A DNA stretch of 64,000 nt from Cyanobacteriota bacterium (GCA_046045965.1 JBJOKS010000001.1:128001-192000), one strand, 5' to 3'. Shown: positions 20,033 through 30,912, numbered from the stretch's first letter. Numbers and translations: made by a program. Notes: generated by a model from the sequence alone, not told the origin.

Positions 20033-21754
20033 ATGAACAAAATTCTGATTATTGAAGATGATGCTCAAATAAGAGATAACATTCAGCAAATTCTCGATTT
20101 AGAGGGGTTTAGTACGATCACGGCAGAAGATGGATGGCACGGTTTACAGATGGCTGAACAATATCGGCCAGATATGATTATTTGCGATCTGATGATGCCT
20201 CATTTGGATGGCTATGGACTAATTAAGGCATTGCGTCAAAAGCCTGTAACTGCCGCTATTCCGTTCATTTTTATCACCGCGAAATCAGAACATTCGGATT
20301 TGCGTCGCGCGATGGAACTTGGTGCAGATGACTATTTAACTAAGCCGTTTCAAGTCAATGAACTTCTTCAGGTGATTGCAACTAGACTGGAAAAACACCA
20401 AATAGTTCGTCAATATTATCGTGATCAGATTGAGGAGATGGAATCTCAGCTTAATTATCTGGCTCGTCATGATAGCCTAACTGGCTTACCTAATCAACTC
20501 TTTTTAGAAGAGCATTTCAATCAAATTCGTCTTCAAGCTTACAGTCAGGGTCAACAACTATCTTTATTACTGATTGATATAGATATTCTCTACCGCAATA
20601 AGTTATTCTTGGAACCGAGTTTGAGGTATTTATTACTCAAAGCTGTTGCTGAAAGATTAACTGGTTTGAATTCATCAGAACAAGTTATTGACTTAATTGC
20701 TTACTTGAAAACCGATCAAATAGTCATCTTGTTAAAGTCATCTGAAGACAGTAAAATTGCTTCTGATATTGCTCAAAAAATTTTAGATAATCTATCAGAA
20801 CCTATAGTAGTCAACCAGCAGCAAATCTCTGTTAAAACTCAAATTGGTATTGTTTGTTATCCTAATGACGGACTGCAACTAGGTGAACTACTAACTCATG
20901 CAGAATTAGCCTTAGAACATTTTAAAAATGAAGATACTGTTGCGTATCATTTCTACAATCAAGAAATCTTCAATATTCTCTTTAGAAAAATAATTTTGGA
21001 GACTGATTTATGGCAAGCACTAGAAAGAAATGAGTTTCAACTTTACTATCAGCCTCAATTTAATGCCAAAAGTGGAAAATTTGTCTGTGTGGAAGCATTA
21101 ATTCGCTGGAAACATCCAGAATATGGACTTGTTTCTCCTGGTGAATTTATTCCTATTGCTGAAGAATCAGGTTTTATTATTCCTTTAGGAAAATGGATTT
21201 TAAAAACAGCTTGTTCTCAATTACAAGATTTAAAATTACAAGGATTAGTAAATGTAGATTTAGCAGTTAATATATCAGCTAATCAATTTAGACAACAAAA
21301 TTTTGTTCAACAAATTCATGAAGTTATTGCTGAAACCAATTTTCCACCGGAGCAATTAAAGTTAGAACTCACTGAAACTGTGTTTATTCAAGACATGGAA
21401 GCAGTGAATAAAAAGATAAATGCCCTCAAAAATTATGGAATACAATTTTCTATTGATGATTTTGGGACGGGTTACTCATCTTTTAAATATATTCAAGGAC
21501 TTTCTTTTAACCAAGTTAAAATAGACCGTTATTTTATCAACAATATTGATAAGCTTGTCCAAAAGCAATCAATTGTTAAAAGTATTATTCAGATGGCTCA
21601 TAATCTGAATATAAATATAATTGCTGAAGGAGTAGAAACCAATAATGAGCTAAGTTGGCTAATGCAAAATAATTGTCATATAATCCAGGGTTATTTTTTC
21701 AGTCGTCCATTACCAATAGAAGACCTGAAGACTCTTCTACTAGCTAAAAGATAA
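20033..21754 (+). CDS. REC + degenerate GGDEF + EAL protein, probable c-di-GMP phosphodiesterase
   Basis: REC domain (IEDD, CDLMMP, KPF); HDSLTGLPN; GGDEF position reads LKTDQ; EALIRW and DDFGTGYSS intact. Confidence 0.92.
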   Translation: MNKILIIEDDAQIRDNIQQILDLEGFSTITAEDGWHGLQMAEQYRPDMIICDLMMPHLDGYGLIKALRQKPVTAAIPFIFITAKSEHSDLRRAMELGADDYLTKPFQVNELLQVIATRLEKHQIVRQYYRDQIEEMESQLNYLARHDSLTGLPNQLFLEEHFNQIRLQAYSQGQQLSLLLIDIDILYRNKLFLEPSLRYLLLKAVAERLTGLNSSEQVIDLIAYLKTDQIVILLKSSEDSKIASDIAQKILDNLSEPIVVNQQQISVKTQIGIVCYPNDGLQLGELLTHAELALEHFKNEDTVAYHFYNQEIFNILFRKIILETDLWQALERNEFQLYYQPQFNAKSGKFVCVEALIRWKHPEYGLVSPGEFIPIAEESGFIIPLGKWILKTACSQLQDLKLQGLVNVDLAVNISANQFRQQNFVQQIHEVIAETNFPPEQLKLELTETVFIQDMEAVNKKINALKNYGIQFSIDDFGTGYSSFKYIQGLSFNQVKIDRYFINNIDKLVQKQSIVKSIIQMAHNLNINIIAEGVETNNELSWLMQNNCHIIQGYFFSRPLPIEDLKTLLLAKR

Positions 21755-21813
21755 AAGTCCAAACCCAAACAATTTTGATTTATTCAGTTTTTATTAATTT
21801 AAGGAAAAAGAAA

Positions 21814-22905
21814 ATGAAAAAAATTCTGATCATTGAAGATGAACCACTAGTAAGAAATAACATCAAAGAAATTTTGGAATTAGCAGATTTTGACGCATTA
21901 GTTTCAGAGAATGGTCAACAGGGGTTGCAATTTGCAAAAGATAAAAAGCCTGATTTAATTATCTGTGATTTAATGATGCCTGAGTTAGATGGTTATAGTG
22001 TATTAACTCAACTGCGTCAGGATAGTTCTACTGCGACAATTCCTTTAATTTTCTTAACTGCTAAATCAGAATGGTCTGATTTACGTCGAGGGATGGAACT
22101 TGGTGCTGATGATTACTTAACTAAGCCTTTTCAACCTGATGAATTACTGCAATCTATTGCTGCTCGATTGCATAAACAAGCAATAGCTGACCAAGAAAGT
22201 GAGCAAAAATTGAATAATTTACGCACTTCTATCAGTCAGGCACTACCTCATGAAATTAATACTCCTCTCAATCATATTATAGGAATGTCAAATTTATTGA
22301 TTCAAGAGCAGGGAATACTTTCTAATACAGAAAATTTAGAAATGCTCGAATCAATTCATAAAGCTGCTTTACGACTACATAGACTGACTATCAATTCCCT
22401 GATGTATGCCAATCTAGAACTAATAGCCTCTCATCCCGAAAAAATTGCTGCTATTCGCAATAATCTAGACAAAACTTTTGTGCGCTCAACCATTGAAAAG
22501 GTAGCTTTCAGAATTTCTCAAGATGCAGGTAGGGCGACTGATTTAACCATAGAAATATCAGATGCCATGGTCAATATTTCTCAATTAAAGTTGAGTAAAG
22601 TGGCTGAAGAAATAATTGACAATGCTTTTAAATTTTCTCAACCAAACACACCTGTAAAAATTATAGGTTGTAGCAGTTTTAATGGATTTAATTTGTACAT
22701 AATTGATAGCGGTCGAGGCATGAACAAAGAGCAAATTGCTAGAGTTGGTGCTTATGTACAATTTGAACGCAAAATGTATGAACAACAAGGTTCCGGTTTA
22801 GGATTATCAATTGCTAAGAAGTTGGTGGAAATCCACGGAGGAGAGTTTTTAATTGAGAGCTTACCTGGTAAACAAACTATTGTCCGCATGATTCTACCTC
22901 AGTAA
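21814..22905 (+). CDS. Hybrid response regulator/histidine kinase (REC-HisKA-HATPase)
   Basis: HEINTPL, DNAFKFS, DSGRG and GSGLGL boxes; probable start MKKILII. Confidence 0.92.
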   Translation: MKKILIIEDEPLVRNNIKEILELADFDALVSENGQQGLQFAKDKKPDLIICDLMMPELDGYSVLTQLRQDSSTATIPLIFLTAKSEWSDLRRGMELGADDYLTKPFQPDELLQSIAARLHKQAIADQESEQKLNNLRTSISQALPHEINTPLNHIIGMSNLLIQEQGILSNTENLEMLESIHKAALRLHRLTINSLMYANLELIASHPEKIAAIRNNLDKTFVRSTIEKVAFRISQDAGRATDLTIEISDAMVNISQLKLSKVAEEIIDNAFKFSQPNTPVKIIGCSSFNGFNLYIIDSGRGMNKEQIARVGAYVQFERKMYEQQGSGLGLSIAKKLVEIHGGEFLIESLPGKQTIVRMILPQ

Positions 22906-23071
22906 TAAAATGTGCTAAAAGAGGTGAATTTGATTCCAGTTCGCCTCTTTATCAGGGGAGCCAGTCGCTTGTGGGGGTTTTCTCCGTTGTGAGAACTGGC
23001 GTGGAGTAGGGGGGCAAAATATTTTTTATCCACGACTAAAGACTGCTAACATAACCTCTTAGAAATATGAT

Positions 23072-24109
23072 TTAAATTACAGCAGTATCTAACATTTTGA
23101 TTGTGCCATTATCAGCGTCTATTTCTACTTCTAAACCCACAGGTACTGTAAATTTATCTTTGATATGACCAATCATAGAACCATACCAAGCGGGAATATC
23201 TAAAGGCTTGATATGTTGTTGTAATATTTGCATTAAAGTAAATGATTGTTCATCTGAAGGTTGACAATTTGTACATTGTCCAAAAATAAAACCTGCAATT
23301 TGATTGAGAATACCAGCATTTTTTAACTGCGTCAGCATTCTGTCTAGGCGATAAATATCTTCACCTATATCTTCCAAAAATAAAATATTATTATACCATG
23401 ATGGCAAATAGACGGAACCTACCATAGCAGCTACAACTGATAAGTTACCCCCAATTATTTTACCCCTAGCTTTACCCGGTGTAATTATTTCTATTTTTCC
23501 CTCTTTGGTGGAGTTATTTTCCATTGTTAATTTTTCCCCATTAAATAAAATGCGTTGAAAATAATCAACTGTAAATTCATTCCAGGTGGAAGTAGCAACT
23601 GCTCCATGAAAGGTAATTAATCGACTCCGGGCATTAATAGCTAATAATAAAGAAGTAATATCGCTATATCCAATGATAATTTTTGGCTGGGAACGAATCA
23701 ACGGATAATTAAGTAAAGGTAAAATTCGATTACAACCCCAACCGCCGCGCATGGCTATAATTGCTTTTACAGACTTATTTGCAAACATTGTATGAATATC
23801 TTGGGCGCGGTTTATATCTGTTCCGGCTAAATATCCATCACGCTCTAAAATATGTGCGCCTGTTATTACCTTCAGCCCTAATTTTATAAAAGTTTGTTTT
23901 GCATCTTCTATATCTTTGGGTTCAATGATACCAGCAGGAGAAACCAAGCCGATAGTATCCCCTATTTTTAGACGTGGTGGTTTGATAGTGGTTTGTGGTG
24001 AAATTTGACTTTGGGCAATAATTGGGGAAATTTGAGTTACTAAGGTAGTTATTCCTAAAGTGCTGAGAAATTGCCGACGTTTGATGGTCATGGAATGTAG
24101 GCTGAACAA
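23072..24109 (-). CDS. S66 family LD-carboxypeptidase with Tat signal
   Basis: RRQFL twin-arginine motif; RGGWG, GYSDIT, GGNLS, FLEDIGE and IGH motifs. Confidence 0.92.
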   Translation of the reverse strand: MFSLHSMTIKRRQFLSTLGITTLVTQISPIIAQSQISPQTTIKPPRLKIGDTIGLVSPAGIIEPKDIEDAKQTFIKLGLKVITGAHILERDGYLAGTDINRAQDIHTMFANKSVKAIIAMRGGWGCNRILPLLNYPLIRSQPKIIIGYSDITSLLLAINARSRLITFHGAVATSTWNEFTVDYFQRILFNGEKLTMENNSTKEGKIEIITPGKARGKIIGGNLSVVAAMVGSVYLPSWYNNILFLEDIGEDIYRLDRMLTQLKNAGILNQIAGFIFGQCTNCQPSDEQSFTLMQILQQHIKPLDIPAWYGSMIGHIKDKFTVPVGLEVEIDADNGTIKMLDTAVI

Positions 24110-24428
24110 TGACTATAACAAAGTTATAACTAAAAGTGACACAAACCTACGGATAGTCTGAATTAATCTTAAAGATTTCTTAAGGGATTTTTAAAAAAAA
24201 TTGACCATAAAAATGGTACATAAAACAAAGTGTAAAACCGGAATTTAGCACAAATTGCACAAATATTGTATTGCTCTTGGCTCACTCTGAGCAGAAAAAA
24301 AAGAAGATCCAATTATTAAATTCCCTACAGCTGATATACTATCATATGATAGGTAGCTAAAGTTTCGTAACTTAAGCAATATCACAATATGCTGTTTATA
24401 TAAGGACACGTTAAAACGTGTATAATCT

Positions 24429-24710
24429 ATGGAAACTACTGCAAATTTAATTCCAGAATTTGAACAATTATTTAGACAAAAACTCAAACTCAATAATTGC
24501 AAACTTAAAAAGAAACGCCAGGAGAATAATTATGAAATTACTACTCCATCTAAGGACGTTTTTTTGATGTATTGGTGCCAATTTCCAGAAATCAGCTTGA
24601 TCTATCAACATATAGGAGTACGCACACCACAGACTGGAGTTTATGAAAAGGCTATCCGCTCCCATATTAATTTTTGTGTCAGTAGTATTAAGGATAAAAC
24701 GGCCTCTTAA
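24429..24710 (+). CDS. Hypothetical protein
   Basis: 93-aa ATG ORF with plausible composition. Confidence 0.65.
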   Translation: METTANLIPEFEQLFRQKLKLNNCKLKKKRQENNYEITTPSKDVFLMYWCQFPEISLIYQHIGVRTPQTGVYEKAIRSHINFCVSSIKDKTAS

Positions 24711-24745
24711 TTCTTAATTATGATCAGATGTTTCCCATTGAAACC

Positions 24746-24827
24746 GTATAACTTAAAGTCAGTCTAACTATTGTGGGGTGGGCATCCCTGCCCGCCCTAA
24801 TATTTAAATTAGATGATTTTTAGCTTA
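24746..24827. repeat. ~81-bp dispersed repeat with REP-like core, copy 2
   Basis: Near-identical to 13678-13758. Confidence 0.85.
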
Positions 24828-24916
24828 CTTCTGGTTTTACAGGTTTCACCTTAGAAACATTCAATCTGATTGATTGACCGTGATTTTCTGCGCTAAACTA
24901 AATTTATTGGGATTTA

Positions 24917-25009
24917 TATGAGACATCTGGTGAAAAATTAGAGACTTCTATGAAACGTCTTGACAAGGGTTTCAGGTAACGCATATTTAATTTTCACGAG
25001 ATGTTCATA
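24917..25009. mobile_element. MITE-like element
   Basis: Imperfect terminal inverted repeats TATGAGACATCTGGTGAAAA / TTTTCACGAGATGTTCATA. Confidence 0.55.
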
Positions 25010-25075
25010 GGAATTTAATGGGATCATCTCTGGCAGTAAGTTAAATAAACCAACTACCTCAATAACTCCAGTGCA

Positions 25076-25414
25076 ATGTCTCAAGAGCCTAAAAAATCAC
25101 TCCAAATACAGGAAATTATCGGACTAAAACCGCAACACTTTGCCGACTTAATCAGAACTGCACAATTAGTTTTTGACCCCTGTGCGGGACTTTCTGGCAG
25201 AAATCTAAAAGTTGATTGGGAAGACTTTGGCATTCCTGGTAATGTAGCGGATAATCTCAAAGAAATTGGCCAAGAATATCAGTATGCTTCTCCTCACATT
25301 CCCCCTGAAGTGGTTTGGGCTAAATTAACCACTGAATCGCGGGTTTGGTTCATTGAAAATAAAGATAGTTTGTGGCGGTTTGAAGAAATTTTCCCTGCGC
25401 TTGACGAAGACTAG
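25076..25414 (+). CDS. Hypothetical protein
   Basis: 112-aa ATG ORF. Confidence 0.75.
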   Translation: MSQEPKKSLQIQEIIGLKPQHFADLIRTAQLVFDPCAGLSGRNLKVDWEDFGIPGNVADNLKEIGQEYQYASPHIPPEVVWAKLTTESRVWFIENKDSLWRFEEIFPALDED

Positions 25415-25479
25415 AAAGCTTAATCATTCTCAGCAAGATACGTTGAAATACTCCCCCGTCTTCTCAACGGGGAAGTATG

Positions 25480-26196
25480 TCAATCCCCTAGTAATTTGTA
25501 ATTTCGGAGCAAATTTGTATTTTCCGCAGTCAGTAATTCCTGCAAGCTATCAACCTCTTTCAATATATCGAGTTCCTGCGTGTATGCTTCTTTTAAAATT
25601 GATAAATATTTATCACGTTCCTGATCATTTTTAGCTTGTTTGATCATATAAATTGCCATATTAATGCTAGAAAGAGGATTGCGTAAGTCCTGGGAAATTC
25701 TCTCTAACAGCTTTCCTCGAATTTGTGCCAGTTGCTGAGAGTTTTGCAATTCAGTGCGATTTTTTTTCATCTCCTGTTGGAGAGTTTCTGACTTCTGAGA
25801 CTCTTTCAGGTAAGCCTGATTTGAAAGTGAATGTCTTTTTAATCGCGCCTCAACAGCTTCTAATAGTTCAAAAGGTTCAAAAGGTTTGGTAATGTAATCA
25901 TCAGCCCCTAGTCCCATACCTTGACGGAAATCATTGCGCTCGATTTTAGCGGTAAGAAAAATGAAGGGAATATCAGCAGACTTAGGATCTTGTCGCAGTT
26001 CTGCTAACACTTCATGGCCATTTAAACCTGGCATCATAATGTCACAGATAATTAAATCAGGCTGTTTAGTTTTAGCTAACTGTAAGCCGATTTTACCGTT
26101 GGCAGCAGTAATAACTGAAAATTCTGCCAGTTCCAAAATTTCTTGGATATTTAACAGAATTTTAGTTTCATCTTCAATCACTAGAATTAAGCTCAT
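25480..26196 (-). CDS. Response regulator: REC + coiled coil + His-less HisKA-like helices, no ATPase domain
   Basis: REC motifs present; H-box position reads SQDLRNPL. Confidence 0.88.
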   Translation of the reverse strand: MSLILVIEDETKILLNIQEILELAEFSVITAANGKIGLQLAKTKQPDLIICDIMMPGLNGHEVLAELRQDPKSADIPFIFLTAKIERNDFRQGMGLGADDYITKPFEPFELLEAVEARLKRHSLSNQAYLKESQKSETLQQEMKKNRTELQNSQQLAQIRGKLLERISQDLRNPLSSINMAIYMIKQAKNDQERDKYLSILKEAYTQELDILKEVDSLQELLTAENTNLLRNYKLLGD

Positions 26197-26456
26197 AATT
26201 GAGAGGCCACCTAATATATAGCACTATCCATATTGTTGACAGATTCCTTCACGAAACTCACTGATTGTAAGGGAATTGTCACAATACAAGTATAATGCAA
26301 CTCTTTATACTATGCTGCTTTGTTGTCATAATTTTGCTAGTGAATTAGGAGCAGGAATAATATTTACAGTCAAAATCTTGTACTGTATGGCTTTTTTCGT
26401 AAATAGTGATAATTTACAATGAATCATGACCAATCACCAATCACTAGGACAAGACA

Positions 26457-27671
26457 ATGGAGAATCTAAGTAACTATACCAGTATTTTAGTAGTCGATGA
26501 CAATCCCGTTAATTTAAAAGTTATTGGGCTGACTTTGAGTGGTGCAGGTTACAAAGTCAAAATGGAGGCAAATGGGCTAAATGTCATCCAACAAGTCCAT
26601 GAGAATTTTCCTAATTTAATACTGCTAGATATTATGTTGCCTGATATTAGCGGATTTGAAATTTGTGAGCAACTTCAAGCCGATCCTCGTACCAAAGGTA
26701 TTCCTATAATTTTCATGACGGCTTTAGCTGATACTACGGATAAGGTAAAAGGTTTGAGTTTAGGTGCAGTAGACTATATAACTAAACCATTTCAAAAAGC
26801 AGAACTACTAGCTCGTGTACGCACCCATTTGCATTTACAGAAGTTAATTACATCTTTAGAACTACAAAACCAAGAACTCAAACAACTTACACAACGCAAT
26901 GAGGACTTAGAAAATAGAGTTGCAGAACGGACAGCAGAATTAAGACAGGCTCTCGCAAAGGAACAGGAATTAAACCAATTAAAATCGCGCTTTATTACCA
27001 TGGCATCCCATGAGATTCGCACACCTTTAGCTATTATTTCCTCATCTACAGGCATTTTACAAAAGTTTGGCGATCGCCTGATTCCCGAAAAAAAACAGAG
27101 ACACCTACAGACTATCCAAGAAACCATCAAGCAGATGACTCAACTGCTTGATGATGTACTGATGATTAACCGCGCCGAAGCTGAAAAGATGGAATTTAAA
27201 CCAGAAGCAGCAGATATTATTGCTTTCTGTCACCGTCTCAGAAAAGACATAGAAGCTAGTAATACCAAATATACAATTAATTTATCTTTAGATTTAGGCG
27301 AGGAAATTCTCAACAATACTCTGATTATTCATTTCGATAAAAAACTTTTACAGCAAATTCTCACCCATCTTCTCACTAATGCTATTAAGTATTCTCCTAC
27401 CCACAATGCAGTTAAATTAAGCTTGACTAAAGAAAATAATCAACTGCTCTTGAAAATCAGCGATAAAGGTATCGGCATTCCTGAAAAAGATCAAGTTAAT
27501 TTATTTGCACCTTTTTACAGAGCATCTAACGTCGGTAATATTTCTGGAACAGGTTTAGGACTATCCATAGTTAAAAAATGTTTGGATTTGCACAAAGGGC
27601 AAATTAGGGTAGATAGTCAAGTAGGAGAGGGAACAACAATTACAGTCAGAATTCCTTTTTTAAGAGGATGA
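26457..27671 (+). CDS. Hybrid response regulator/histidine kinase
   Basis: REC domain (VVDD, LDIMLP, KPF); SHEIRTPL, NAIKYS, DKGIG and GTGLGL boxes. Confidence 0.93.
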   Translation: MENLSNYTSILVVDDNPVNLKVIGLTLSGAGYKVKMEANGLNVIQQVHENFPNLILLDIMLPDISGFEICEQLQADPRTKGIPIIFMTALADTTDKVKGLSLGAVDYITKPFQKAELLARVRTHLHLQKLITSLELQNQELKQLTQRNEDLENRVAERTAELRQALAKEQELNQLKSRFITMASHEIRTPLAIISSSTGILQKFGDRLIPEKKQRHLQTIQETIKQMTQLLDDVLMINRAEAEKMEFKPEAADIIAFCHRLRKDIEASNTKYTINLSLDLGEEILNNTLIIHFDKKLLQQILTHLLTNAIKYSPTHNAVKLSLTKENNQLLLKISDKGIGIPEKDQVNLFAPFYRASNVGNISGTGLGLSIVKKCLDLHKGQIRVDSQVGEGTTITVRIPFLRG

Positions 27672-27819
27672 AAATCTTGATTTACTGGGTAAGCATCATC
27701 CTTATCATCCTCAATAATAATAAGTTTTTTCTCTAGGTATTCTCTTTTCTAGACTTGAAAAATCATACTTGAAAAATCATGAAAGTGTTTTGATGGGAAC
27801 TTCAGCCTCAAACGTGAAT

Positions 27820-27903
27820 TATAGCAGGAGTCAGGAGTAAAACTCTCTTGTATTAGGAGTTTCATTATCAATTGATGTCCTAACTACCCTGTCCACGGCT
27901 ATA
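27820..27903. mobile_element. MITE-like element with TATAGC...GCTATA ends
   Basis: Short inverted termini; left part shared with the element at 61073-61187 (CAGGAGTCAGGAGTAAAACT). Confidence 0.5.
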
Positions 27904-27935
27904 CCTAAAACCTAAACCCTTTTGAAACTTGGTTA

Positions 27936-28847
27936 GAGGATGTTTGAAAAGTAGGAAAGGTGGTAAAAAAGCTCTCTCAGTATAAGCTGTGAATAGATAG
28001 TAGACAGCACCGAGAGAGCAACATGAGTAAAGCATACCCCAGTAACCTGACCCTTGGCCAATATCAGTTCCTGAGTGACCTTATTCCAGAACCGAAAACG
28101 GGTGGTCGTCCGCGTGAAGTGGATATGTGGGAGGTGCTAAATGCGATTTTCTATATCCTGGTAGAAGGAGTCAGATGGAGAGCATTGCCAGGAGATTTTC
28201 CCGCTTGGCAGACAGTGTATACATATTTTCGCAACTGGCGTAAGGATGGAACATGGTTGCGTATCCATGACCGCTTACGAGAATGGACAAGGATTGAACT
28301 CCAACGGCATCAGTGTCCGTCGGAGGCAATTATCGACAGTCAGAGTGTAAAAAGTGCCGCAATGGTGAGTAAATCAGTAGGCTATGATGCAGGTAAAAAA
28401 ATCAAGGGACGCAAGCGATTTATGACAGTCGATACCTTGGGTTTAGTCTTGCGCGTCTTGGTAACAGCAGCCAATGTGGGTGAGCGAGAAGGGGGGAAAC
28501 AAGTTCTCAAAAGAGTCAAACAATCTCCACATCAGGCATCTCGTCTGACAACTATCTGGGTAGATGGTGGTTTTGACGGTGAGCCGTTTATGCAGTGGGT
28601 GATGGATTTTTTGCGGTGGATTGTGCAGGTAGTTCTACGTTCGCAACAGACTCAGGGCTTTACTCTACTCAAAAAACGTTGGGTAGTGGAGCGCACTTAC
28701 GGTTGGTTAATGGGCTGTCGGCGATTAGTCAGAGATTATGAGTTATTGCCCGAAACCTCTGAGACTTTTATCTACCTTGCCATGATCCGGATCATGGTGC
28801 GGCGATTAGCATAAAATTTAACCCTTCAAAACTTTTCAAACACCCTC
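27936..28847 (+). mobile_element. IS5-family (IS1031-like) insertion sequence, 912 bp
   Basis: 17-bp terminal inverted repeats GAGGATGTTTGAAAAGT / ACTTTTCAAACACCCTC (one mismatch); TTA target duplication; intact transposase. Confidence 0.93.
28023..28814 (+). CDS. IS5-family DDE transposase
   Basis: YPSNLT, WRALPGDFPAWQTVY, IIDSQSVK, GKKIKGRKR and RWVVERT motifs. Confidence 0.95.
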   Translation: MSKAYPSNLTLGQYQFLSDLIPEPKTGGRPREVDMWEVLNAIFYILVEGVRWRALPGDFPAWQTVYTYFRNWRKDGTWLRIHDRLREWTRIELQRHQCPSEAIIDSQSVKSAAMVSKSVGYDAGKKIKGRKRFMTVDTLGLVLRVLVTAANVGEREGGKQVLKRVKQSPHQASRLTTIWVDGGFDGEPFMQWVMDFLRWIVQVVLRSQQTQGFTLLKKRWVVERTYGWLMGCRRLVRDYELLPETSETFIYLAMIRIMVRRLA

Positions 28848-29026
28848 TTAATTTCATGCCTACCTAATCGCAATACTTTTGTATAAATAACCGCCTATTT
28901 TTGATGTTATTGGTGCGTAAAGCTGCTCAATTGTCAAACTTTCAAACTGCGATGATTTTCACATCTCAACCCGGACTAGAGCTAAAAACAATCGAATTAA
29001 CTACATAATATAATATCTGACAGAAA

Positions 29027-29563
29027 ATGCTTATGAGAATTTCGGCTGTTAGGTTTTTGCTAACTTCTCTGTGGTTGATAGTTGGTTTTTTAGCTGCGAA
29101 TTTGAACAATACGAGTACGGTTTTAGCAGAAGCACCCCCAGAATTTTCTCAATTAGTTAATGGTAAACAGTTTACTGTCAATAAATCTGAGTTTGGTGTG
29201 AGAATAGTTGATGTTCAGGGTAAAGCCAATTTTTTTCCCACAACTAAAGTACCACTGAAAAAAGGTGATGCTTATGGTTGGCGAATTCAACTGCAAAATT
29301 ACCGGGGTAAGGTAAAATGGCGGGAAGTTTTACGTTTACCAAAAACTCCAGAAACTTGGGCTACACAGGAGAAAGATGAGAATTTTTCTCTATCTGCGGA
29401 TGGAAGGACAGCTACAACAACGCGCACGCAAACATCTACAAATGGTGTGATTGAAAATTTTTGGCAGATAGCTCCTGGTGATCCTCTTGGTAAACATAGA
29501 ATAGAGGTCTATATTGATGACCATCTAATTGCCATTTTTGAATTTGAAACTGTAGAATTTTAG
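29027..29563 (+). CDS. Exported hypothetical protein
   Basis: Signal peptide; C-terminal WQIAPGDPLGKHRIEVYID beta-rich motif. Confidence 0.75.
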   Translation: MLMRISAVRFLLTSLWLIVGFLAANLNNTSTVLAEAPPEFSQLVNGKQFTVNKSEFGVRIVDVQGKANFFPTTKVPLKKGDAYGWRIQLQNYRGKVKWREVLRLPKTPETWATQEKDENFSLSADGRTATTTRTQTSTNGVIENFWQIAPGDPLGKHRIEVYIDDHLIAIFEFETVEF

Positions 29564-29645
29564 TGCCAGGAGTTAGGATTTAGGAGTCAGAAGTCAGAAT
29601 TAAAATTGTTTCTGACTCCCTAGTGGAATGTCTGCAACTTCGCTT

Positions 29646-30725
29646 TTATTCTTCGTCTAATTCAACTTCTTCTTCTTCTTCTTCTCCATTTACTTTAGTA
29701 ACAGAGTTAGCAGAAACCACAGCCCCTTTATCGAGCTTTTCCCGCACCTGCTCTTCAATTTTGGCCGCAAATTCAGATTTTTCTTCTAAATATTTGATAG
29801 CGTTGTCTCGACCTTGGGAAATGTTATCACCGTTGTAGCTATACCAAGCACCTTTACGGAGGAGAACTCCTGTTTCTTCTGCTAAGTCAACTAAGCAACC
29901 CAGGGTAGAAACTCCCTTCCCAAAGATAATGTCAAATTCGGCAATTCTAAAAGGTGGTGCTACTTTATTTTTTGCTACCTTCACTTTAACGCGATTACCA
30001 AATTCATCTGTGCCTTTTTTCAAGGTTTGAATTCTGCGAATATCTAACCGCACGGAAGCGTAAAATTTCAACGCATTACCGCCCGTTGTGGTTTCTGGGC
30101 TACCGTAGGTGACACCGATTTTTTGCCGCAATTGGTTAATAAAAATTACTGTGCAACCAGATTTACCAATATTACCTGTAATTTTGCGTAATGCTTGGCT
30201 CATCAACCGGGCTTGTAAACCAACGTGGATATCACCCATATCGCCTTCGATTTCGGCGCGGGGTACTAGGGCGGCTACGGAGTCAACTACAACTATATCA
30301 ACGGCGGCAGAACGTACTAACTGATCAACTATTTCTAACCCTGCTTCACCCGTGTCTGGTTGGGAAACGAGTAAATTTTCAATATCTACACCTAATGCAC
30401 CTGCGTAGGTGGGGTCTAGGGCGTGTTCTGCGTCAACAAAGGCAGCTATACCGCCATTTCTTTGTACTTCTGCGATCGCATGAAGTGCTACTGTGGTTTT
30501 ACCAGAACTTTCTGGTCCATAAATTTCAATTACCCTTCCCTTGGGTAAACCACCACCCAAGGCTAAATCCAGAGTTAACGCACCTGTAGAAATAGTCTCT
30601 ACACGCATCCGGGTAGCGTCACCCAAACGCATTATTGCCCCTTTACCAAAGCTGCGCTCAATCTGGTTGAGTACCATATTCAGTGCTTTTTGCTTTCCAG
30701 AAGTATCTGCTGTGTTGGTTGCCAT
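29646..30725 (-). CDS. recA: Recombinase RecA
   Basis: GPESSGKTT and [17 protein letters not shown]. Confidence 0.99.
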   Translation of the reverse strand: MATNTADTSGKQKALNMVLNQIERSFGKGAIMRLGDATRMRVETISTGALTLDLALGGGLPKGRVIEIYGPESSGKTTVALHAIAEVQRNGGIAAFVDAEHALDPTYAGALGVDIENLLVSQPDTGEAGLEIVDQLVRSAAVDIVVVDSVAALVPRAEIEGDMGDIHVGLQARLMSQALRKITGNIGKSGCTVIFINQLRQKIGVTYGSPETTTGGNALKFYASVRLDIRRIQTLKKGTDEFGNRVKVKVAKNKVAPPFRIAEFDIIFGKGVSTLGCLVDLAEETGVLLRKGAWYSYNGDNISQGRDNAIKYLEEKSEFAAKIEEQVREKLDKGAVVSANSVTKVNGEEEEEEVELDEE

Positions 30726-30775
30726 TAGAGCCTCTAAATATAGGATTTAAGGAAGTTTGCGTTGGGAGCTTGATT

Positions 30776-30789
30776 AGAACAGATATACT
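30776..30789 (-). promoter_or_regulatory. Cyanobacterial LexA box upstream of recA
   Basis: AGTATATCTGTTCT, close to the RGTAC-N3-DGTWCB consensus, ~50 bp upstream of the recA ATG. Confidence 0.75.
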
Positions 30790-30839
30790 ATTTTAACCGG
30801 AAAATGTGCAATTGGTAAGGTGTGGGAAAAAAGTTTTAT

Positions 30840-30912
30840 GGCAGGAGGCAGGAGGCAGGAGGCAGGAGGCAGGAGGCAGGAGGCAGGAGGCAGGATGCAG
30901 GAGGCAGAAGGC
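30840..30912. repeat. STRR heptamer array (GGCAGGA)n
   Basis: About ten tandem copies. Confidence 0.9.
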
